The position numbers and the translations under genes are program-made. The notes under the pieces were generated by a model that was given only the letters and a program-made list of their open reading frames with translations, was not told where the DNA came from and did not search any database. Below, piece after piece: positions 32,917-44,200 of a stretch of DNA of 64,000 nt; the stretch's first letter is position 1, and each line of letters begins with the position of its first letter. Source of the DNA: Podarcis gaigeae (lineage: Eukaryota). The stretch lies in the NCBI GenBank assembly GCA_964106915.2, contig OZ066915.1, one strand, 5' to 3'.

Positions 32917-34901
32917 CTAAATTCCACTCCTACCTGAAAAAGCCCATACACGCTCTGCCCCTGCTGGCTGACCCCCGACCTATGTTGAAAGAAAAGCAAA
33001 TAAATCTAGGTACTGAACTATTTGCATTCATTTCAGATTACATCCCTAAATCTTTGTTCTTTAAAGGAAAAAGACCAAGACCAGGTTAAAAATGAACACA
33101 GCTTCACCCTTCCTGTTTTGTTTTGCTCTGCCCTCATCCACCAGTTTGTTCCTCCTCCACTCCCACCATGTTTCTGCTTTTGATGGCACAATAACTTAAC
33201 AGTATGTGAGATTAAAGTGGCTTAAAGGAAACTACTAGGTGTTTTATTGAAAGAGCACTGTGGTCAGTGGTCAGAGCAGTAGATTAAGAGCAAGGAGACG
33301 TGGGATCAAATCCCCAGCTGGCTATTATTCTCACTGGTTAACCTTGATCCGCTCTCTCCGCCCTGTCCTACCCCCACAGAGCCGTTGCGATGACAAACAG
33401 GGAACGAAGAACCACTGAGATCCTTGGAAGAGGAGTGGGATAAAAATGAAATAAATCTATTTGTTTACCTCCCGCAGAGAGAAACTTGGCAGCCTCCTCT
33501 GGCTGAAGCAGCAAAGCTAAACATTGCTTTCAACCTCCTCCGCCTTGATCCTTTATCCTGTGTGTAGAAATCATAGCTGATGCATAAAGACCAGGGAGCC
33601 CTTCTGATCCCAGCACCTTTTAACAGTGACAGTGCTAAGTAATGAGTACTTCGGAGACCTCACTGGGAAAGAACTGGCTTCTTTCCAGGTTAAAACATTA
33701 AGTTTCATGACTTACAGAATCTGCCGTTTTGAGATTTGTCAGCCCGCTTCTAACATGCGCTGAGTATGAATCACTGAATTCTGCCTTAAATAGAAGAGAA
33801 AGTGACTGGAGATTTCCAGAGAGGGAGAGGGGGGCTGAGAAGTTGCCTTATTCAGCTGCTATTTTGCTTTGGTTCAGCTCTGTGCTGGGTTTTAATAGGC
33901 ATCCTAGAGAGGCAAGTCACACAACGCTTGTGAGATGTCCTCTGAGAGATTTCAGATGCTATGAGCTTGCGTACTCGTTCTCCACACAGAATTGTGGCTC
34001 CCTGCATTCTGTATAGTGATGTTTTATTTACAGCCTTGTGTGCCAACAAACAACAATATTCAAAACATGTGGCAGCAATTTTGCATGATCAGAATGCTTC
34101 CCCCCCATCTCCATCTTTAGTTTTGTTTTTTCCAAATAGGCTACATGGCCTTATGCCAAGCACTTTTTATCCCATACTTTCCTGCCACTTTCCTTAGCTC
34201 CAATATCTGACTTTTTTTGTCTTCTTGTTGCCCATTCTGGATGCCACTGCCTATACATACATAGCATGATGTCAGTTCTGTTGCCTGTGCACATTCTGGA
34301 ACAGGAACTTCCTGTGCTCCTGGTCCTTTGTTTTTACAGAGTGCTTTCAGGGGCTGGCTTCACCTGGGGAAAGCTCTGCAAATTTGAAAGTAAAACGAAA
34401 GGACTTGCTGTCATCAGAGCTATTGACTGTGGATTTATACTCCAATAGACTTTGGACTAGCTGTGGTCAAGTGTGACATCCGGCTTGTGGGTGTCCTACA
34501 TTTTGGCATAGGAACACAGTGGTCACCCATGAAGAACTACGGTCACTGAAGAAAGCTGAGCTCCAGAGAGGGGCCATAACTCAATGGCACTCTGTATGTA
34601 CTGCATTTGCATGCAGGTTCAAATGTGAGATCTCTCTACGTTAAAAGGGCCTTGGGTAGCAGAAATGGGAAAGGCTCCCCACGAGAGTCACATCTTGGAG
34701 AGTCACATGTGGACTGAGCCCACTGACCTTTCTAGCTCAGTAAAAGGAGCTTCATGTCTGCTTGACGGCTAGAAGCCTTATTTTCAGTGGGGAGAGGATT
34801 GCTCTTCTCCCCCATGGTACCAATGTTAACAGGGGAATTTAGGCATCCTTTGCAGGCTCTGTTGTTCATCCTACCTCCATAGTTGTGCTTATATTGAACT
34901 A

Positions 34902-35156
34902 CAGTGGTACCTCTGGTTGCGAATGGGATCTGTTCTGGAGGCCCATTCGCAACCTGAAAAGAATGCAACCTGTGTCTGCGCACGCGCTGGTCGCGATTTG
35001 CCGCTTCTGAGCATGCGTGTGACATCATTTTGCGTGTCTGCACATGCACAAGCGGCAAAACCCAGAAGTAACCCTTTCTGGTACTTTCGGGTTGCCATGG
35101 GATGCAACCTGAAAATGTGCAACAATGTGAAGCAAACGTAAAATGAGGTATGACTG
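34902..35156. mobile_element. Tc1/mariner-pogo type MITE
   Basis: TA|cagtggtacctc...gaggtatgactg|TA. Confidence 0.8.
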
Positions 35157-35318
35157 TAGTGAGACATTGGCAGTGTCTGTTAATACCTGTGTTGTGTTGC
35201 AGTTGCACAAAACACATTCCTGCATACTGTACCATGGAAAAGTTTGGGCACCCTGCAAAAAAGCATTTCAGATTCCTTCGCCATGTTTTGGACAGGAGCT
35301 TTTCTCTGTTCTTCCCCT

Positions 35319-35526
35319 AAAAGTAAAGGTAAAGGGACACCTGACCATTAGGTCCAGTCGTGACCGACTCTGGGATTGTGGCGCTCATCTCACTTTATTG
35401 GCCGAGGGAGCCGGCGTACTGCTTCCGGGTCGTGTGGCCAGCAAGACTAAGCTGCTTCTGGTGAACCAGAGCAGCGTACGGAAACGCCGTTTACCTTCTC
35501 TCTGGAGGTATTTATCCACTTGCACT
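35319..35526 (-). mobile_element. Sauria SINE, 5' truncated
   Basis: Reverse complement of the 3' part of the copy at 26746-27098. Confidence 0.88.
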
Positions 35527-35576
35527 AGGTACAAAAACTCATTTCTATTTTTTCCAAAGAGAAATTGTGTGTACAC

Positions 35577-35713
35577 CAGGCATAGGCAAACTCGACCCTC
35601 CATATGTTTTGGGACTACAATTCCCATCATCCCTGACCACTGGTCCTGTTAGCTAGGGATGATGGGAGTTGTACTCCCAAAACATATGGAGGGCCGAGTT
35701 CACCTATGCCTCG
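35577..35713. mobile_element. Palindromic hAT-type MITE
   Basis: caggcataggcaaactcg...cgagttcacctatgcct arms around the actacaattcccatcatccct/agggatgatgggagttgta core. Confidence 0.8.
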
Positions 35714-35979
35714 TGCTGGCCCTGCCACTAGCTTTCAAGCAGCTGTGTGAAGCAGCTGCAGTAAAAATAATAACCATGACGATGGTGAAGGTGGGGGCTA
35801 GGAATTCCACAGCATAGGGGCTGCCGCAGGGAATGCCCTCACCCGATTAATAAAGCGCCTCTTCAGTTCCTGAGCATGTGCAGAATGCTGCGAGTGACCC
35901 ACAAGCACCTCCCACCTCACAAGCAACAGCGAGGAGATCTTTCAGAGGCGAAACTAGGATTTCCAGAAGGAAGGACGGG

Positions 35980-37070
35980 GCTGTACCAATCCTATTTGGC
36001 GGGGCTTGGGCGGCAGCTGCGCAAGGAGACGCCGCCCTCCTGGGCGCAACATCCGCGGAGGGCGCGGCGATTTCGGCGCCGCGCTCCGCCCTTTCTCCTC
36101 CAGCCAGGGGACGCGGGCGCCGCACACCTCCAATAGGGGGCGCTCTTAAGCCGAGCAAGCGCCCCCGACGGCGCGCATGCGCTTCTACCTAGCAGGCGGC
36201 GCGCTTGTTGAATGGTGAGGCGGGGGGGACAGCAGTGGGCGGGGCTTGCGCTTGAACTGCTGAGCAGGCGAAGCCCCGCCGGAGAGAGATATATAAGGGC
36301 TCCGTGGGTGCCGGCGGCGCTGCGGCTGAGACGGGGCGGCGGAGGCTGCTCAGTAGCTCCGCCCTTCTCTGAGGAGGTCGCGCGCGGGGAGCTTGCAGGT
36401 ATTGCATCCCGGCCCTTGGTTGGAGTTGGCGGTGGGTGAGGAAAGGGAAAGTGATGTGGCTTTTCTGGGGACTCGTGTGGGCAGAGAAGGGCGTCGGGGT
36501 GACATGAGTGCCTCTTTCCCCACATATCCCCACCCCCTTCTCCATCCCAGTCATGCTTTAGGTCAGATGTGAACGAGAGTTTGTGCCTCTCTTCACTCGC
36601 CCCCCCCCCCTTCGTACTTTCCCTTTCTGTGTTTTCCCACGCGCTTCTCTCTCTCTCCCCGGCTCCCCGTGGCGCAGGAGTGTGTACTTTAGGAAGTCTC
36701 CTGGGTGCCCCCCCCCTGTTCTTTTTTCCATAGGGACGTCCTCTTGCCGTGGGGCTGGGGCGTGCCCCCTAGCCGTGCGTTAGCGGTGTCTCAGCGAGAC
36801 TAGCGTGTTGCTCATGGCACCAGGATGTAACCGTCACCCTCGGTTTCCTGCGGCGGCTCGGAGCAGGGACGTCCCGTTTCGTGGGTGTGATGGCTGGTAG
36901 GGATCCCCTCTTGAGCCGAGGGAAGGGGCTGGTGCTGGAGGCTCCCGTCGCAGGAGTGAGTCTCTCCCGGGGCTCCTCGCCGTCAAGGGTCTGAACCTGG
37001 GCATGCATGCGCCGGCACACGTCCCTCCTGGCTCCCCGCTCTTCTTCTGGACGTCTATTCTCGTCGTTCA
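35980..37070 (+). promoter_or_regulatory. PDLIM7: PDLIM7 CpG-island promoter and non-coding first exon
   Basis: CpG island with CCAAT at 35986 and 36130, GC boxes, NRF1 site CGCGCATGCGC at 36172 and TATATAAG at 36290-36297. Candidate exon-1 donors are CAG|GTATTG (36398) and TGG|GTGAGG (36435). The first coding exon at 41165 has a splice acceptor, so an upstream exon is required. Confidence 0.75.
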
Positions 37071-38834
37071 TCTAAAAGTGTCTCTGAGCTGTAACTTAAT
37101 ATTGCAGCATCTCCAGGAGGTCTGAATTCCAGAAGGGCTGTGAACAAGCATTGCGCCTGCGGCGGTCAGTGTTGAGATGGCACAAGTATGGCTGTTTCTT
37201 CAGTGACTTTCATAGGCTTTCTTAAAATTATGGGTCGTGTTCCTGATAAACTTTTTTCCCTGTGTTATCAAGCCTAACTTCAAAAAACCCACATGAGGTG
37301 CAGTTGGCCCTTGAGCTTGGTGGCCTTGTTTGTGAAGATTTGTGGAAAGCATTCCACAATAGAAATGTTCACTGGGAGGGGCAGATTTTTCATGCTTTTG
37401 GGGCTTCCAAGTATATTTGGCTGGCTGCTGTTAGAAAGAGGATGCTGGCCTTGGTCTGATCCTGCAGGGCTGCTATCAGGACCACCTAGAAATTCTGTGA
37501 GAGTTTGCTATTAACCTCCTAACTTCTTCTGTGCATATATATTGAGCAAATGTGTTGAATAATGAAGGGGGCAGACATAACCTGTCATGTTTATCACAAA
37601 TCCTTGCCTGCTTTGGGTCATGGAGTAAAGACCCAGCAGCACCCGTTACTGAGGTGAAGGGATGCTTCACACAATCAAAGGAGGCAGGCACCTGACTTTA
37701 TTTCACTCAAGGCTTTTATTTGATGACCCTCTTCATTGTGTGAAAGAAAAAAGTGGTGGCAGGAGGGATGGGGGGGGGAGCAGGAGGACTGAGGGAAAAG
37801 AACTTTTCCAGGAGTTGGGGAGAGAGAGTGAGTGCAGCATTTTCCTGCTGGTCTATTTATTGCTCATCCAGCTCTTTCCTTCCTTGAGGGCTGCCAGCTG
37901 AATCCACAAAAACAAAAAATAAACTTGGTCATCATCTGGAGATATGCGCACAAGGGGCAAAAGGGGAGAAACGGAGCCTGGTGCATCCTCCATTCCCATG
38001 TGACGTTATCCAGAGAGGGTGAGGACACATATCATGAGGTTTGCCAGGTGCTGGAGGTTTTAATATGGCAGCCTCCTAGGGTGGAATTTGCTTTCCCAAA
38101 GTCCAGGAAGAGCTGTTGTGCAAAGTGAAAAAAGTTTCCGCTCAGTGTTTCTCAGCAGTGTGATGAAGTGTACTTCTGATTCCTTTTGTGCCTGGGACCA
38201 GTATTTTTCTTTTAAAACTTGCTTCCTTGTGGATAAGCGTTCTTTTAGTATTTTAATTCTGCAAGAGAATTGGCAGCTGCTTGTTAAAAATGAGAATTTG
38301 GCAAACTTTAATTTAGTGCTGGCAAATGTGTAGAAATGTATCCGGATTTAAAACGACAACAACCGCAGCAGATATTATTGCTGTGCTGTTTTATTTTGCA
38401 GGGTAGTCTTCGTTTCAAGAATGCATTTATTTATTCTTGCCGCCCTGGCTGTTCAGTTGTCTTGTAATGGGCTATCTCCTTTTCTTGGCTCTTCAACTTA
38501 ATGCACCTCAGCCCTGCCCTTCCCCTGTTATTCTTGCCTTCTGTCAGGCACTTCCAGGAAGTGCTTTATCAGTGCATATAGACTTCTTATCCTGCCAGAC
38601 GGGCTCCTTGCAGGCTAGTCTGGTCCCTTAGACCTGAGCTGGGTAGGGGGCATTAACTAGGCAGCAGCGTGGCACACAAGCTGATTCTGCTCACTAGTGA
38701 TCTTCTGAATTCAGCTTGATTTCTGTTTCTTTTTCACCATGCCTTGGCTTTTTCCAAACTTCATTTACTTATCCTGAGAGCAGCTAGCTCCAGTGGCGTA
38801 GCGTGGGTTGTCAGCACCCGGGGCAAGGCAAGTA

Positions 38835-38909
38835 ATTTGTGCCCCCTAACCCGTGGATTTGTGCCCCCTAACCCGTGGATTTGCGCCTCCTAACCCGTGG
38901 ATTTGCGCC
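38835..38909. repeat. 22-bp tandem repeat (about 3.4 copies) in a DNA-transposon-like end
   Basis: Unit atttgtgccccctaacccgtgg, preceded by a cagtggcgtagcg terminus at 38791. Confidence 0.85.
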
Positions 38910-41166
38910 AAGAGGCGTTGCAGCTCAAGGAGGGCGTGGAGCAGGACCAATGGGGTGTGTGGTTTCAATGGGGGGAGGCATGGCATGGAGAAAGTCCCAA
39001 GGGCTGGATAGAGAGCCATGCAGGATTGCATTGGGACCCTGGGACTCAGGCTAATAGGCCACACAGCATGTCGTCTAAGCCTTGTTTGCTGTGTCCTCCC
39101 TGGAACTGCTTGGCTGAGGTTGCCACGGGTTTATAGATGCTGTGTGGAAACTTCAAAGCAGGCAGAGCAACTCCTGAGCGAGCGCTCACTGTGAGAGCAG
39201 AGGCCCGAGGGGCTGTTCCTGCAGCCCTGTGGCACAAGGCTCCGTCCAGGCATGTTTTGCCGACTCAGCCTTGGGAGGAGGAGGAGGGAGAAATCAACGC
39301 TCCCTGCCTCTTCCTAGCCGAGTGCATTCCTTTGCCATTCCCATGGAGAAGAAGGTATTAAGCTGCTGCTGAAATCCCTCCAAGCTGAAGTGTCCCAGCC
39401 TGGCAGGGAGGGATGGTACAAGCTGGTACTCTGCCTGTGAGGGGCTCCACCTTTGTCTGTCTGGCAGAGGGAGCTCTCTGAGAAGGCCCTGCTGCAGCTC
39501 TTTCCTCTGTACTGGATGGGAAGGGGTGCCCTAGATCCCAGCCCCAAATAACACTGTCTTCCTGGGTTGTGTTTCTGTTTTTCTCTCTCCCTTCCCTTTC
39601 TCCTTTCCCCTCCTGGATTGTCCTGATTTCCTCTGTTTAGACCCAGCCAGGAAGTTATGTTTTCAGCACTCATTTGCATCTCTCCCAGTCCTGATGAGCA
39701 ACCACTGGAATATGGCAGTGCTGTCTTGCATGCCTTATATAGACAACAAACTGCCTGGGGAGAATGGGAGGGGAGGGTGAAGGGAGTATTTTGTGTCCAG
39801 AAGGCAATTTTTGATTGCTATTGCTATATAGTAGGGGTGCGTTGACTGGGAAACGCCAAAAGCAGTGAAGTGCCATAGCTGCACCTAACAAAAGCCATCT
39901 CTTAAGTAATTGGGAACAAATTGAAGGCTTTTCTTTTGGTGCCTTGATCAGCCAGCAGCTGCCTAAAACACAAGGCATAGGAACAGAGCAATTATTCTGT
40001 CTTTCCATCCTAATCCCTGGATCTCCCCCCCCCCCCCAATTCTTGAATGTTCATATTATCAAGTTGGAATCTCCTATGTCAGCTATAGGGGATGCATTTA
40101 TTTTAAAAAATGGCACTTGCAGACCCTACGAGCACTTCATGAGTTGTTACTGATTGATATGAGCGGGGTCAGACTCTGTCTTGTCCAGATTAAAATAGTG
40201 CTAATAATTCCCCCTGTTTGAGGATGGGGGGATGATAACTAATTCATATCTGTTTTTTGAGTGAGGGCTTAAATTGGGTTGGCCTGTGGGGAAGCCATTT
40301 AGACTCTGGTTGTGTGAATAGGTTTCACATGGCCATTCTAGTGGCTGGACGTGGCAAGTCCATTTACACAACTACTTTGAATGCTTATATTGATTCGAGC
40401 TAACCAAGCTCAAAATGAGCCCGCCCAAAGACGAGGTGGGATTTGCCCGGAATATGCATTTCATATGTGATTCCTGCATACAGAGGTTCTCGGTTTCACA
40501 TATATTGTCAAAACGAGGAAAACAAACTTTTCTGTGGTATTGGTAGGCCGAGTCCTTGGCAAGGAAATGCTTCCTCAGTATCTTTGTGTGCTGCTTCTAC
40601 CTCTGCCATTTATTGCCTGATGCACTAGAATAGCCTTTGGGAGTTTAGACTAAAGACAGTGAAACGTCTTCTCTGACATCTCTAGATAGGTCTGGGAATC
40701 TGAAACCCAATGGAGACCTGATTCCAGTCAGTGTAGACTAGATGTGGCCCTCTGGATGTTGCTGAACTACAACTCCCATCATCCCTTGCTGGGGCTGAGA
40801 GGAGTTGCTATTCAGCAATGTGTGGAAGGCCAAAGGTTCCCCACACCTGGTGTAAACAATACTGAGCTAGATGGACCCAATAGTCTAATTTGGTATAAGG
40901 CTGCTTCCTTTGTCCCTAAAGGAAAAGCTGAAGAGCATTGCTGTGGGGAGGAGACAGGGATGGGCTGGGGTAGGATGAAGGGCAGTGCTTAGGCCTTGGT
41001 GCCAAGTTCCAGGGAAGGAGCACGCACTTCCCTTTGCCCTCACTTGGGGCAGCCAAGGCTCTACTGTGTGAGGCGGATGTTTCCTGTTCTTCAGTTGTCC
41101 TCTCCCAGCTCTCCTGTCCCTTGCTGCATCACTTTTAAAGCTAATAATCTCTTCTCCTCCCCAGAA

Positions 41167-41271
41167 ATGAGTGACATGGACTCATACAAGGTGCTGCTGG
41201 ATGGGCCGGCGCCATGGGGCTTCAGGCTGCAGGGTGGCAAGGACTTCAACATGCCACTCTCCATCTCCAGG
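41167..41271 (+). CDS. PDLIM7: PDLIM7 first coding exon
   Basis: Acceptor CAG ends at 41164, ATGs at 41167 and 41176, donor AGG|GTAAGT. Confidence 0.95.
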
Positions 41272-44200
41272 GTAAGTCGTGAAGAAGCTCTTTCTCAGGG
41301 AACTATGCTAGTCCTTGCTGGTCAGCCATGGTTGTTTTCTTCCGTTGCTTCCATTCATTTCCTAGGCTCAAGCACTCTCACATCTCTGTTGTGTGCTGGT
41401 CTCTTTATCACAAAGGAAAGGAAAGGCAAAAGGTCTCCTCACACCCACCCCGCCCAGAGCTGCCAGCCTTCTTTGCACTCATGATGTAATGAGAAGGTCC
41501 TCAGCATTCAGCCTGTTACTTGATCTTGGGCTCCTTGGGGCTCCTGCGCTCTATTTTTGGATCTGTGGCAATGGCTCTTGCCTGTGGCTGGGTGGAGCTA
41601 ACTTGGGGTTTGTGGTAATGTGAATATGATATTCCGGCTGTTCCAAGAGTGATGCCAAGGCGTGTAACTTAGTCAATCTTAATGCCAGCTTTTAGGGGGT
41701 AGCAATCTGGCTTTGACTTGTAGTTGGCAGCTGATTCTGTTGGTACCTAATCAATCAAACCTCTCTGTCCAGATGATGCATTCTTTAGGCTCCCCCTTCT
41801 TCTTTTTTGCATATTCATGAATCTCCTGTTTGGGTGAAGTGGGGCTGACTTCTTTAGGATGAGAAATAAGGCACACAGTCTCTCCCCTCTGGGTGGCTTC
41901 TTGGGATCTCCACCCACTCTGTGCTGGAGCAGAAATGAAATTCAACCCCACACTCCTAGCCCAGGCACCAGGGGATGCCTGCAGTGTTTGTTTCATCTTC
42001 TAAATGCCTTCTGCCAGAACGTCCAGAGCTGACCTTTAGCCCTGGATAGTGGAGGGCAGAGGACGGCCAAGCAGGCCCTACTTTTTCCTGTGCTGTCAAT
42101 GAGGCTCAAGGTCATGCTGGACCACTTTCTGGTTGACACTGGTTCGAATCTCGTCACATCCATAAACACACAGAACAGTTTTAAGGCTTGCGGCTGGATG
42201 AGAGCCTTGGCTTCCCACCTGCAATATAGGGGCCTACCTCACAGGGTCGCACTGAGGATGTGTGTGGAGTGCTTCTGGCACTTGAGCACCTCGTAGGCAA
42301 GCACTAAGTATTCTACTTCTGTTGTTTGAAATTGGCAACACCCTGTCGCTTAGTAGTAATAATAAGGACTCTCTTGATGCTCCCCATTCTCCTTGGAACT
42401 GGAATACCCCAAGGCTTTCCTTCTGGGCTTGAAGGAGCCCCTGCTCATCCTGGACTGCCAGCCCACGAGAGCCACTCCTGACCTGAAAGTTCCCCTCTGG
42501 ACTGGCTTGGGTGCTCACACGCTGGACGGCTTGCAGGCAACTCCTGCTCCGCTTGCCTTTTGCCTTATAAGCCTTGGAATGCTGAGTGCAGCCGCTGCTG
42601 CTGTTGCTGACGCTTGCAGCCGCTTGGCAAAGCGGAATGTTTCTCTATAAGCCAGAAGCCCCGAGGGCTGGAGAAAGGCACCAGAAAGCCCCCTCTCCAT
42701 TGCTCCACAGCCAGGCACTTTCCCCACGCACATGCAATTATAGTCGTCCACATCTTTTGCAGCACCATCTCTTCCCCGCCCCCCCCCCCCACTTATTGGT
42801 TTCCCCATCAGTTGTGTGCTGGAGGTTTTGTTTGTACTTTCTCTGCTGCTCTGTTCCTAGCTATTCTTCCCAGCCCATCTCTGGGGACGCTCTGCTTTCC
42901 TGCTTGGAGGGCTTTGTGCTGAGGCAGCCTCCGCTGTTTTTGTTCCCTCACTCTCTCCCTTTTTTTGAAAAAAAGAGTTTCTCCTGGCTCGTGGCCAAAC
43001 CTTAGCAAAGCCCCTGCCTAGACAGGGGAGAGCCTCTTTGCAGAGAGACCCCAGCTAGCGCCTCCCGCAAACATACCAGAGGCTAGAGCAGCAGCAGCAG
43101 CAGCAGCAGCAGCACCCTTCCCCTCCTTTCCCCTGTGCTAGCATGCCACAGCCCATCCCTCTTGCAAGAAGTATGAGAGCTCCTTTGTGGCCAGGCCTTG
43201 AGAAAGACTTTCCTTCCTGTGCTCTTTGGGGAGGGTGGCTTGCTGCGTTTGGCTGTGGCTATCACAGCCAAGGATGGCCAGGGTCTCATTTGTTAGGCCA
43301 TTGTGCTTCTGCTCAGGCAGCTACAGGTGGCTACAGTCAGCCGGTACTCCTGTGGTTTGGCTGTAGGCCCTCCCTTGGCAAGGCTCCTGGCATCTGTAGC
43401 AGCTTCAGAGGGATTGTTGTGCAATGTTCCCTGTCCCACTAAGTGAACTTGGAGCTTAGCTATTCTGGGCTGTTGTGATGGCATTTTAGGTTCCAGCCAC
43501 CACTGGCTGTCATATTTAACATCATTTCTCTTTTGCCCAGGTGCCAAATGGCTTCTTAAACCAAGGTTGCAGTCGCTAAAATGGAATGTCTTCTTGCCAT
43601 TTTGGGGGCAAGGTGGCTAAAGTCTTATTTTCTCAGTTAAACGTCTTTGCTAGATCAGATGACAACCTTCAGCTAGGTTAAGAACTTTAAGAACTTAAGG
43701 AAGAAAAGTCCCTTTATCCAGGGACAGTCCACATATATACTGGCCTAATCCCACCTTTTTTTCTTAATGGGGACACAGACCATTCATAACGTAAGAATAT
43801 TCTTCACAACTGTGAGCAGGGTAAGTGAAGATAAGCTACAACAATTAGCTATAACATTAGTCAATGCTCCTGCTCAGGTGGCACAGAAAAAGCATTTTGA
43901 TTCGTGCAATTCATTCTGATTGTACAAATAAAATATAACTGATAGAATTCTACAGGATGTGGTATTAGCGTGTGAAAACAGTACAGATCCAGTGATCTCC
44001 AGGTATGCACCTCCAGGTGGTGGAGATGTCAGGCATCATCCTGGCACCCAGGCATCTTCACTTGGTTGCAAGTCGCTAATAGCCAGGTGCCAAATGCACC
44101 TGATAACCTGGCTAATTTCAAACACTGCTTTTGTCCTCCATTGTCCCAGACCTTGGGGGGAGCGGCGGTATTTTTTTACTGTGCAATGCACTTTTCTCTT

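Noticed and set aside
43087-43114. CAG repeat as a polyglutamine tract
   Set aside because: It is intronic and not within any supported exon.
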